From the human T2T-CHM13v2.0 reference genome, Homo sapiens, in the NCBI RefSeq assembly GCF_009914755.1, contig NC_060935.1: a DNA stretch of 64,000 nucleotides. The stretch is one strand, 5' to 3'. Positions 1 through 11,540 of the stretch are shown one piece after another; position 1 is the stretch's first letter; each line of letters opens with the position of its first letter. The notes beneath the pieces are model-generated. The model made no database searches. It was not told the DNA's origin and worked only from the letters and a program-made list of their open reading frames with translations. The position numbers were made by a program, and so were the translations under genes.

Positions 1-545
1 TGACCATTGTGCTCAGTACTTTCCTCACAACAATCCTAAGCATTTACTATTATTATCTGCATCTTAAATATAAAAAAAAAGAGGGTCTGAGAAGTAGAGA
101 GGCTCTAATAAATTATGCCATTCTATCTCCAGAGGTTTCCTCTCGATTGCATGCTGCAGTAGCAGACTTGGGTAGCAATTATTCCAACTTTATGTAACAA
201 TTAAGATTGGGCTCAGGAAAACTCCTAAACATGATTGTTATGGTTTGATTGCCTTTACAGGAAAGAAAAATAAAATAAATAAATGAGTGCTTGTTTAGCC
301 AATCAGGAAATCTAAGTCCTAATTCTGGCCATGCCACTAAATGACTGTGGGATCCTGATCAAGTCACTACTTCTGTAAAATAATACTAACAGTTATATAG
401 AAAGCATTCACTATGTAGGATTTTAAGTGAAACATATTTTTTTTTAAAAAAACCTTCAAATATTCTATATCTTTCCACCTCTATCTCTACCTATATTTTT
501 TTGTAATGGGTGACATTGAAAAACCATACATCTGCATAATTTATC

Positions 546-907
546 TGATATGGTTTGGCTGTGTCCCCACTCATATCTCATCTTGAATTGCAGCTCCCAT
601 AATTCTTATGTGCTGGGGGAGAGACCTGGTGGGAGCTAAGTGAATCATGATGGCAGGTCTTTTCCATGCTGTTCTTGTGATAATGAGTAAGTCTCATGGG
701 ATCTGATGGTTTTATAGGGGAGTTCCCCTACAGAAGCTCTCTTGCCAGCTACTGTGTAAGATGTGTCCTCGCTCCTTCTTTGCCTTTTGCCATCATTGCG
801 AGGCCTCTCAGACATGTGGAATTATGAGTCAATTATACCACCTTTCCTTTATAAATTACCGAGTCCCAGATATGTCTTTATTAGCAGTGTGAGAATGGAC
901 TAATACA
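546..907 (+). promoter_or_regulatory. THE1B 5' LTR
   Basis: TGATATGGTTTGGCTGTGTCCCCAC...GACTAATACA; homologous to 2520-2883. Confidence 0.9.
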
Positions 908-2519
908 ATAAATTGGTACCAGTAGAGTGTGGCTGCTGTAAAGATACCTGAAAATATGGAAGCGACTTTGGAACTCAGTAACAGGCAGAGGTTGGACCAA
1001 TTTGGAGGGCTCAGAAGAAGATAGAAAGATGTGGGAAAGTTTGGAACTTCCTAGAGACTTGTTGAATGACTTTGACCAAAATGCTGATAGCGATATGGAT
1101 AATAAAGTCCAAACTGAGGTGGTCTCAGATGGAGATGAGATGAGGAACTTGTTGGAAACTGTAGGAAAGGTGACTCTTGCTATGTTTTAGCAAACAGACT
1201 GGTGCATTTTGCCCCTGCCCTAGAGATTTGTGGAATATTGAACTTGAAAGAGATGAGTTAGGGAATCTGGCAAAAGAAATTTCTAAGCAGCAAAGTATTC
1301 AAGAGGTAACTCGGGTACTGTTAAGAGTATTTAGTTTTATGTATTCACAAAGATATGGTTTGGAATGGGAACTTGTGTTTAAAAGGGGAGCAAAGCATAA
1401 AAGTTCAGAAACTTTGCAGACTGACAATGCATTAGAAAAGAAAAACCCATTTTCTGAGAAGAAATTCAAGCCCACTGTAGAAATTTGCATAAGTAACGAG
1501 GAGCCAAATGTTAATTGCCAAGACAATGGGGAAAATTTCTCCAGGACATGTCATAGGTCTTCACAGCAGCCCCTCCCATCACAAGCCAGGTGGCCTAGGA
1601 GGAAAAAACAGTTTTGTGGGCCAGGCCCAGGGAGTTGCTGCTTTGTACCAACTTGGGACTTGGTTTCCTGCATTCCAGCTGTGGCTAAAAGGGCCAACAT
1701 AGAGTTCAGGCCATTGCTTCAGAGAGTGCAAACCCCAAGCCTTGGTGGCTTACAAATGGCATTGGGCCTGTGGGTACACAGAAGTCAAGAACTGAGATTT
1801 GGGAACATCAGCCCAAATTTCAGAGGATGTATGAAAATGCCTGGATGTCCAGGCAGAGGTGTGCTGCAGGGCTGAGTCCTCATGGAGAACCTGTGCTAGG
1901 GCAGTGAGGAAGGAAAATGTGGGTGCAAGCCCCCACACAGAGTCCCCACTGGGGCACTGCCTAGTGGAGCTGTGAGAAGAGGGCCATCGTCCTCCAGACC
2001 CAAAAATGGTAGATCCACCAACAGCTTGCACCGTGCACCTGGAAAAGCCACAGACACTTAATGTCAGCCCATGAAAGCAGCCAGGAGGGAGGTTGTGCCT
2101 TGCAAAGCCACAGGTGTGGAGGTGCCCAAGACCATGAGAACCCACCTTTTGCATCAGTGTGCCCTGCATGTGAGACACAGAGTCAAGGGAGATCATTTTG
2201 GAGCTTTAAGATTTGACTGCCCTGCTAGATTTTGGACTTTCATGGGGCCTGTTCCCCCCTTGCTTTGGCCAATTTCTCCCATTTGGAAAGGGTTTATTTA
2301 CCCAATGTCTGCACCCCCATTGTATCTAGAAAATAACTAACTTGCTTTTGATTTTTCAGTCTCATAGGCAGAAAGGACTTGCCTTGTCTTAGATGAAACT
2401 TTGGACTGTGGACTTTTGAGTTAATGCTGAAATGTGTTAAGACTTTGGGGGACTGTTGGGAAGGCATGGGTGGTTTTGAAATGTGAGGAAATGAGATTTG
2501 GGAGGGGCCAGGGGCAGAA

Positions 2520-2883
2520 TGATATGATTCAGCTGTATACCCCACCCAAATCTCATCTTGAATTGTAGCTCCTATAATTCCCACATGTCACTGGATGGAC
2601 CCAGTGGGAGGTAATTGAATCATGGGGGTGGGTCTTTCCCATGCTGCTCTTGTGATAGTGAATAAGTCTTACAAGATCTGCTGGTTTCATAAAGTAGAGT
2701 TCCTCTACTCAAGCTTTCTTGCCTGCCACCATGTAAGATGTGTTCTTGCTCCTCCTTTGCTTCCTCCATCATTGTGAGGCCTCTCAGCCATGTGGAAGTA
2801 TGAGTCAATTCAACCGCCTTTCCTTTATAAATTACCCAGTCACTGGTATGTCTTTATTAGCAGCTTGAGAACAGACTAATACA
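2520..2883 (+). promoter_or_regulatory. THE1B 3' LTR with intact DUX4-type motif TAATTGAATCA (2612-2622)
   Basis: Direct repeat of 546-907; motif read directly from the sequence. Confidence 0.88.
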
Positions 2884-2994
2884 CTAGCCTTTCTTCTATT
2901 CAGGATTAATTTGTCCAAGACTGATCTCAGGCAGCCTTCCTGGAGAAACAGAAGTTAGCCTCCTACAGAGTTCCTAGGAAACCTGCCACACATC

Positions 2995-3481
2995 CATAGT
3001 GTGCAAAGTGTGGTCCTGGACCCCTGGGTGTCTCAAATCTTCTCAAGGGGTCTGCACCATCAGTATTACTTTCATAATAATGTTCATATGTTATTTGTCT
3101 TGTTTACTTTCATCCTCTTACAAGTACACAGTGGAATTTTCCAGATACTGCATGGCAAGTGATATCACAACAGATGGAATACAGAAGCAGATATGAGAAT
3201 CTGGGTCTTCCAATAAGTCAGACATTAAAGATATTTGAAAAAATGTAAAACAATGCCACTAATTTTTGCTAATTTTTTTAGTTTTGGAAAATATATTTTA
3301 ATAAAAATGTTTGATATTGTTTATGTTAACATGTAAAGGTTTTATAATTTCTTAAATGAATTAATAAATATTTAAAAAGTATTTAATTTTTTCTGGTATA
3401 ATAATAAATTTATTTTTATGATTTTTAATAACTTTTAAGAATTTCAAGGGGTCCAGTTACCAAAAAATTTGAGAACCACTG
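2995..3481 (+). mobile_element. Charlie1b-like hAT DNA transposon (non-autonomous)
   Basis: AAAGTGTGGTCC..GACCCCTGGG start and TTTGAGAACCACTG end; 3170-3330 is visibly homologous to 47660-47820 of the Charlie1a copy in this window. Confidence 0.8.
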
Positions 3482-4064
3482 GTCTAAGACAATTAATCCA
3501 GATATAGTGCTGAAATGGTCATTCAGGGCTGGGAGTCAATGGGTTAGTGCCTTCTGAAACCACAAACCTTGGGCTACAGCTCCTGCTTATGTCAGAGAAG
3601 GGATTGATACTTAATCCAGTCTCACTACATCTATATATGTTGACCCAATATGCAATGAACAGCATAAAAACCCTTTTATCTGCTACTGCTCCTATGTCAC
3701 TGAATTTCCAACAATAAAACTATTCTGGACAGAGTGTTTACTCTCTAGTCACTCACACATACTCACTCAGCATGATTGATTTAAAATCTCTGTTAAACAA
3801 ACATGCATTCAAACATAAAATCAATGAAAGTTTCTGAAAAGTAGGTGAACTGAAAATGTGAACACATATCTCCACTATTTCTATTACAGAATTTTAGATA
3901 TTTCTGATTTTATATATGAGCCAAGAGGAAGAATCATTGGCTCTATGAAGGTGTAAGATTCCAAGCCCCTTTGACAATGTTGTCACTACCCATGGCCCTG
4001 GGATGGGTACTGTTATGTTGGGAAGAGCAAGAATGGGAGGGTTGCTTGGAAAATATGATACTTT

Positions 4065-4580
4065 GTTGTATGTCAGCCTTTAATTTGTTAATTCCTGCTA
4101 ATACCCATGACCTTACAGAATTCACAGATTTGCCAGCTCTGGTTTGGCTATGTGACTTGTTTACTGCAATGGGACAATAGCAAATAGGATGCAAGCAGCG
4201 GTTTAGCAAATAAGATGCAAGCAGATGTCTGACATTTTTACACTTAGGCTTTTCCTCTTTTGCTGCCTTTTGAGCTTCATGCCACCATGTAAACAAGTAT
4301 GGGCTAGCTGGTGAGATGATGAGAGTCATGTGATCTGTGACCCAGTTACACCCATCATCTCTGCTGAGAGCAAGTCAACTGGCAGATGTGCGAGTGGGGA
4401 CGTTTGGAACCAGCCAGCTTCTATCTATCCCATAAGTTGACCAGTCACATGAGCAAGCCCAGATTCAGTCCTTGGCCACACCAGATGTGCCTAGAAGAAT
4501 TAAAAGTCAAATAACTGGCTGTAGTTGTATGCTTCTAAGTTTTGAATTCACTGATTATACAGATGTAAATATTTGATACT
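4065..4580 (+). mobile_element. MLT1 (G/H-like) solo LTR, old MaLR
   Basis: GGCTATGTGACTTG, GCCACCATGTAAACAAG, CTAAGTTTTG motifs typical of MLT1 LTRs; boundaries approximate. Confidence 0.6.
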
Positions 4581-5478
4581 GAAATTCACTGTAATTTTAA
4601 TACTTACTAAAATCCTTGTGAAACTTCAATACAAGTTTAGTTTGTCACTTTACCTTTTTTCTATCAAGGAAGCAAAAAAAACAGTAAAATGTTTCTCAAG
4701 CTTTCTCTCTTAATTTGTGTTACCCTAGAACCTTAGAAGCTGGTGGTAAGGATGTGTTGGGGGGGAAGGTTGTGGGAAGGCTGGGTAAGTAAAGATAGAG
4801 AGTTTGGAATAGGTGAGTTTGATTAATTATAACAACGTTCACTCTGAGCTTCAGTTTTCTTCAACAAATAGGTTGAAGGACTGAAACTTTCATTTTGGTT
4901 CTTTCAGAAAGTTAGAAAGAAACTCTTTGCTACCGTACAATAAATAATAATGAATTCATCAAATGAACATTTCCTAATAATATAGAGATAAAGGGCTTTT
5001 GGGGGATATCAAACTGGAAGCAGAAGCTAAAGTATTAAAAGGCAAAACGCAACTGTTAGGAGCAAGTTGGTGGCAGATTCAGGCCAGAGATTAAGCTAGA
5101 AGAACCACAAATCCACTTAATTAAGTCCTTCTTAGGAGCATTTGACAAGGGTCAGGAGCAGCTGGCAGCTGTATGCAGATGTTCAAAGTGATGCACATAA
5201 TTAGTGTCAGTTACCTTACCCCAGGCCTGATAGAAGCCTCTCAGAAACAAGAGGTTTCTCTCTGTGCTTCTGTGCTTAGGCTTAGTTGTAGAGAATCAGA
5301 ACCAAATCTTAGCTTCACAACTTACTGGATGTATGACCCTTTCCAAGACATGATTTATAAAATGGGGTAGTAAAATAATATTTTTGTAAATTGTGAGAAT
5401 GACATGAACCATTTCTCCATTACCACCCACTTTTTGTCACATTACAACCTACGTACGTAAAGACAATGTAACTTCTTT

Positions 5479-5718
5479 GAGGGCCACACTGTGACTTTCG
5501 TATGCTGTACGTGCTTTTGCCTTTGTTACCCCCTTCTTCTATAAACACATATTGAAAATTATATTTTATAACTTCATTGGTATAAAGACAAATGTAATCT
5601 TTGACCTTACAGGTTAATGTTTCTCTTATTATTAAAAATAAAAACTTTTTTGTGAGACTCAATGTCCTCTAGGTCCCAAGCACTCTGTCCATGATGCCTA
5701 GTGAACATATCAGCCCTG
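5479..5718 (-). mobile_element. hAT MITE (MER96B-like)
   Basis: Ends GAGGGCC...GCCCTG; 8-bp TSD ACTTCTTT (5471-5478) / ACTTCTTC (5719-5726), the hAT hallmark. Confidence 0.7.
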
Positions 5719-6286
5719 ACTTCTTCGTTTTCTGCAGCTGATCTAATGGTCCTTCTCATCAGCCCTGCCCACCTGCAAACACACATATACAGGCTGCTGA
5801 GGAGCAGTGAGAATACTTGAACTTTAAACCTACCAATGATCTCATTTGACAGAAGAGTCTCTTTTTCATAAATACTCTATCAATGACAAAATTTTTCTCA
5901 AATGAGCTCTTCCCCACCCTTACTCTCTCTGACATCTTGAGATATTTCTTGAGAAATTCTATTATTATTGTTGCGTTTTTCTAAAGCCAGAAGATGATGG
6001 CAGTCTTTGTCCATTCTCTCTTCTAGGATAAGCACTCCTTGGATGCTCCACCATCTCTCCTTCATGGCCCACCTCCCCTCAGGATTCACTGGCAATTCAG
6101 ACCCTTGACGTTTGCCAGTGACTCTCATTTGGTTTCTAACTTGAAGGGCACAACTGGTAGCTCTCAGCATTGGCTCATTTCACTCTCACTGTGGCCACCA
6201 AGAAGGAAGGTTGTCCCACCCAGGCCCTCAGCTGTCTTTGACTTCCACCATGAGGCGTACAGGAATGTTGAAATCACGTCTATGTG

Positions 6287-6668
6287 GGCTATGGCTTGAA
6301 TGATTGTGTCCCTTCCAAAATCCATGATGAAACTTAATCCCTAATGCATCAGTATTAAAAGCTGGGGCCTTTGGAGGTGACTAATCCCTAAGAGCTTCAC
6401 CGCCATGGTTGTGATTAGTGCCCGATAAAAGGCCTGAAGGGAACCAGCTAGGTCCCTTTTTCACTCTTCCATCTTCTTTGCCATGTGAGGGACACAGCAT
6501 TCAAAGCACCATTTTGGAAATGGAGACAGGACCTTCACCAGATGTTGAACTTGCTGGTGGCTTGATCTTCGATTTGTCAGTCTCCAGAACTGTGAAAAAT
6601 AATTTATATTATTTATATATTACATAGTCTCAGAAATTTTGTTATATCAGCACAAATACACTAAGATA
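6287..6668 (+). mobile_element. MST-family (MSTD-like) solo LTR
   Basis: GCTATGGCTTGAATG..GTCCC start, GCCATGTGAGGGACACAGC, CTCCAGAACTGTGA, ACTAAGATA end. Confidence 0.8.
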
Positions 6669-6689
6669 ATGCCCTTTGAGTTGCCCTTG

Positions 6690-6847
6690 CAACTCAAAAG
6701 GTGTGCTTCCGGATTCACTCACATCATGTAGGAACTTGTGTGAAATGTAGAAATTGAAGCTCCCTACCTAGAACAACTGAATCAGAACTTGCATTTTAAC
6801 AAGAGGCTAAGGTGATTTGTATATACATTAAAGTCTGAGAAGCCACA
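6690..6847. mobile_element. MER5A1-like hAT MITE
   Basis: ACTGAATCAGAACTTGCATTTTAACAAG...GGTGATTTGTATATACATTAAAGTCTGAGAAGC. Confidence 0.7.
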
Positions 6848-7379
6848 CATTAAAATTTATGCCATATGGGAGCAAATAAAAAGTATTAATATTGTTTCTT
6901 TCTGTGTCTAATGACTTTGTATTTATTCTGAAGCAGTTGCTCCCAAATATTCAAAAGAAAAAAATTATCAACCTTCGGAGTCCCAAAGAGGAAAGAAGGT
7001 AGAAGCCTCTCTACTCCAAATTTCTCCACATAGCACCACATCGGAATTTGGTGCTGCAGATAGGGCTTTAGGATACCCACCTCACTAGCTGCTGCCTTAG
7101 CCTCCTGTCATAAGTTTCCCCAGATTCTGCCTGCACCCCTAGAATTGGTACCTATTTCTGGGTATTGGCTTTAATTGTCCAAATATAGCTTTCTATCTCA
7201 GTTTTTTTCTTCAGCTTGGTTCTTTTACAAATACTAGTTCAACACAAGTCTGCTCAGGTCCACTATTCACATGATCTTGGTCTAGTTTGCCAATATTAAA
7301 TAAAAGGAAATAAAGACAAAAGGAGAACTATATTCCTTATAAAACAGACTACTAAAATAGCTGAACTGTTAAACATATT

Positions 7380-8210
7380 TGAGATCTGGCTCTTTGGAGA
7401 ACAATATTCAAATATATATACTTCTGGCAAATCTAAAAAAGAAAAGAAAAAATAATACACAAATAAAAATAAATCACTGATAGGGGAATGAAGCTATAAA
7501 AAGGAGGTAAAATTATTTAATCTGTGCATTATGACTGAATGAATCTCAACTAAGTGATATTTTTCCCATTAATCTATTCATATAAATTAACAAAATAGGG
7601 TCAAGTTGCAAACTGAATCTTTGAATACTCATGCACAATATTTCGAAGGTTATCGAAGAATTATTTCTAAAAGCCTTTTGGGGTAAGATGTTTTTATTTT
7701 GCAGTCTTTCAGACTTGTGATAGCCAATTTCCATGCTATATAAATCTATTTTTTCCAGAAAATATGAGAGATGTAAAGCCACTCAATTCACTTCATGAAG
7801 CAAGTATAAATAATTTCAAAACATTATAAAGATGGCACATAAAAGAAAACTGTGGATCAAAGAGACTTATGAGTATTCAGAATAAAATGCTAGTGGATCA
7901 AATCCAACAGTGCATCAAGAGAATAATTTACCAAAAAAAAGTAGGATTAACCACTGAATTGCAAATATGACTTATTATTTTGGAATCTAAATCATGAAAA
8001 TAGGTCAAGCAATAAATATCCCAATTGATTATTAAAAAATAATTTGGTAAGTTTTAACTCTTGCTCTGATTTTTTAAAAGTTAAAAGTATAAAAACTACT
8101 CTAAAATATTTTATTTATAACATCTGTTTGAAAAAGCTCACATCAAAGTTAAATAAGATATACTCAAGGCATACTCACTAAAAAGACTAAAACAAGCACC
8201 ATTTTTAATA
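7380..8210 (+). mobile_element. Ancient L1 ORF2 relic
   Basis: A-rich with degraded ORF2-like blocks (AAAAGAAAACTGTGGATCAA, AAATCCAACAGTGCATCAAGAGAATAAT). Confidence 0.55.
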
Positions 8211-8214
8211 ATAA

Positions 8215-8730
8215 AATATTCTATAGGTAACTATTCATAATGTTGTATACATAAGGTACAAAGAATGATAAACACTGTGCACACAATACAGAATAAGAAA
8301 AAGAAAACTATTTACATTGAGTATCCTTTTCTGATTTGATTTCCCTTTTTGATCACCCTTTCGTATCAAGTTATGAGATGCTATTCTGGGTTTTGTATTT
8401 ATTATTCCTTTGAGAAATCACTGAACTATGTGCTGGTTAGTTTTGTATGTGTTCTAGCTTTATATAAATTATATCATACTGTATATATTATTTGCAATGC
8501 ACTTTTTAACTCAATATTATCATGGGAGTCTCTCATACTGATACTTGTAGCTGATTATCTTTCATTTTCAATATTTGTTTACTATTATATTGTTTGTATC
8601 ATCCACAATATATATCCCTTCTGCAGATGGATATTTGAGGTTATTTGCTTCTGATGTATGTTTGATAGCTTTACTACAAACAATTTTGTGTAAACTTCTT
8701 GGTACACATACTTGGTACAGCAAGTATTTC
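8215..8730 (-). mobile_element. Ancient L1ME-like 3' end
   Basis: Degraded antisense L1 3' motifs (GATGGATATTTGAGGTTATTT, CTTCTTGGTACACAT). Confidence 0.5.
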
Positions 8731-8740
8731 TGACTAGACT

Positions 8741-8800
8741 CAATGCTGTCCAATAAAATTTTCTGACATGATGAAATGTTCTGTCAATCCGCACTGTCTA
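8741..8800 (+). mobile_element. MER3-like hAT fragment
   Basis: CAATGCTGTCCAATAAAATTTTCTGACATGATGAAATGTTCT. Confidence 0.6.
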
Positions 8801-9329
8801 AGAAAAGTTAGAGCAATTATATATTATCATTATATGCATATCTGGATGATTTTTCTCTGTCTTTTAATTCTAAGACTGTAATTAGATTTGTATTAAGTCT
8901 TCTCATTCGAGTTCCCATGTCTTAACCCCTAATTCATAGACAGCATTTTGACTATTTTTTTGTCTTGACTTTTCTGTGTTTTTTTTCTATTTCTTGCTAT
9001 GTATTGTTTTAATGACTTTTCTTTATTTATTTTTCTTTCCTGTCTTCCTACTATCTCTGCTTTTGTTTTAAGAAGTTATCTTTGAAATTTTACTTATACT
9101 TGATTTTACAGCCTAAAATTAATATCTTTTCTATACATCTAAGCATTAAATGATGTAAGAGTATTTTAACTCTGATTACCCTATTCCAGCTTTACGTTTT
9201 TTTCATTTGGTATTTTTGTATTCAATTTAGTGTTTTAATATGCCTTCACAAATTGGCATTAATTTTGTTGAACTGAGTTAAACTAATGAAAGAAATACAG
9301 TTGTATTCTTAATTTTGCATATGGTTTGT

Positions 9330-9985
9330 AGTGTAGTATGGTTCTATTGTTTGATAGAACTAAGAGAAAAATCTCTTTTTATTCATCTTTACTTATCTTT
9401 GAACCTCAATATAGCTGAATATACTTGTGCAAACAAATAAAATTCCTTGAAACTTATTTCAACGGATCCCTCGGAATTCAGAAAAAAAATGTTCTATTAG
9501 GAATTGTAATGCATATTCTCAGCTAATTAATTTAAGAGAACTTCAGAATGATAATTCTGTAGAAAATAAAAGCACATTTTGATTGGCCCTGTCTACAAAA
9601 CTATCTGGGCCTTTATTAAATCCCTTTACTTTCCATAATAATGTGGTTATTTGTAAAGTTTCAATTTAAAAAATCTATCTTCATTTTCACCAAGATCTAA
9701 TTGGATAATCCAATTTAATAGCCATGACCATGCCAGAAATGTCACATGGGAGAGTAAATTGCATTTAATTAGATTGGACAACCCTGTTATTCCTGAATGA
9801 GGACTGAGCTTCTGTGAAAAGAATGCTTACAAAGCCCATTCAGAAAACTGGTCCAGTCTCTATCCTGTGCTTTGGAGTTATAGTTGGTAAAGAATGTCAG
9901 TTCTGATAGACCAAAAATTTTGGTAAATCTCAGGAACATCTAAAAAACGTGTATCCATTCAGTTATAGATTTTGTACTTGAAAGC
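9330..9985 (+). mobile_element. ERV1 internal fragment (MER4-group-like)
   Basis: GTGGTTATTTG, AAAGCCCATTCAGAAAACTGG, GTAAAGAATGTCAGTTCTGATAGACC resemble MER4-group internal sequence; no LTRs recognised. Confidence 0.5.
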
Positions 9986-10790
9986 TGATAGAGGCAAATT
10001 AGATGATGATGATTATTATTATTTTGCTTTTTAGCCTCAACATTTTGATAAACAGATGGGGCACTTTTATTCTAGTTAGATAAAAATGATAAAAACACAT
10101 GACCTAATGGTTTTACAAAGCCTTGACATAGAAGTTTACTCTCTTCTTTAGTGCTGTTAATTATGCAATGAGGGGTTATGTATTAATCATCACTTCTAGT
10201 TGCCTCTGTGTAAATAAAGTGCAATTAATAGAAGAAAGCGTGAAGTTAATGATAAGCAGGACATTGTGAGACAAATTTATTTGGTCAAATCTGCACCTTA
10301 GTTGTGCTGATTAACCATGGGAGTGGGGCCAGGTTGGGGATGAGTTGGGGTGAGGAGAGGTGTGAAACCAAAAAGTGAACTCACTTTTTTTCCATTGAGC
10401 ACAGACTAGGCTAGTCTGAGTGAGGCACAATACTTTCCCTGGACTTTCCACCAAACACCATAACCATAATGGGAAAAGGGAGAGTCTTCACAATGGCACT
10501 TGCCCCGGGATGTTCTTGAATTTTTTCTTATTCTTGTGTGCACATGTTTTTTATGTCTTCAGCATCTGGCCATGATTAGTAATATCCTGGACTTAACCAG
10601 CTGTTTAACACTCCATGAGAATCTGAGATTTATAAAATAGGTAAGAAAAAACAGACTTATTTCCTCTTTTCTACTTATGAGCTTTTTTTACGGAGTGAAG
10701 GATATATATCTATGGAACTGAGATAGAAAAAATTACAAGCACTTACATAGTGATCACTGTGCCAGGCACTGTTCAAAACATTTTACATAA

Positions 10791-11106
10791 ATTCTGTCAT
10801 TTGTGACAAAATGGATAAACCTGGAGGGAATTATGCTATGTGAAATTAGCCAGCCACAGAAAGACAAATATTTCCTCATCTTACATATATATGGAATCTA
10901 AAAGTCTAACTCATAGCAGTAGAAAGTAGGATAGTGGTTGCCAGGATCTGGGGAAAGAGGAGGTTGAGGATGCATTGGTCAAAGGGTATACAAAGTTTCA
11001 GTTAGAATAAATTCTGGAGATTTATTATACAGTATGGTGACTGTAGTTAATAATAATGTATTCTATATTTGAAATTCGTTAAAAGATTATATCATAAACA
11101 TTCTCA

Positions 11107-11141
<35 letters not shown>

Positions 11142-11305
11142 CACACAGAAATGAATGACTATGTGAGGTGATACGTTCGATATGTTAAATAGGTTTATTG
11201 TGGTAATCACAATGTATACATATATCAAAATATCACGTTGTACATCGTAACAATATACTATTTTAATTTGTCAATTATGCCAAATAAACCTGGGGGAAAA
11301 AAGAA
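10791..11305 (+). mobile_element. L1MA-type 3' end
   Basis: ATTCTGTCATTTGTGACAAAATGGATAAACCTGGAGG; TTGGTCAAAGGGT; TGTCAATTATGCCAAATAAA end. Confidence 0.8.
11108..11138. repeat. (CA)n microsatellite
   Basis: About 15 perfect CA units. Confidence 0.95.
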
Positions 11306-11391
11306 TAAATAGCATCAGCTTTTTTTTCAAGCAAAAGTTTTTCAAAAAAATAATTTACATATATCTGATTCCTCAACAACCCTGTAAGATT

Positions 11392-11540
11392 TCAGAGGCA
11401 AATTTAATCTAGAATTAATAAAATTGAAATATCAAAATCAGAGACCTATTTTCATAGTTGTAATTTTGTATTCATTTTCTTAAAAGATACCTTCCAAATT
11501 TTTTAAGCTTTAGGCCCTCAACACCCATATGTACCCTTCA
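11392..11540. mobile_element. Short hAT-Tip100-like MITE relic
   Basis: CAGAGGCAAATTTA start; GTAATTTTGTATTC..TTCTTAAA..CCAAATT..TAAGCTTTAGGCCC near end; exact family uncertain. Confidence 0.45.

Larger units (their letters stand above)
546..2883 (+). mobile_element. Complete THE1B-type MaLR LTR retrotransposon (LTR-internal-LTR)
   Basis: Two ~360-bp direct repeats that begin TGATATG and end ACTAATACA flank a 1.6-kb THE1-internal region (starts AAATTGGTACC, ends purine tract GGGAGGGGCCAGGGGCAGAA). TSD degraded (TTATC/CTAGC). Confidence 0.93.

Noticed and set aside
1002-2584. Cluster of ORFs up to 232 aa
   Set aside because: All lie in THE1-internal sequence; frameshifted relics or antisense frames, not a host gene.
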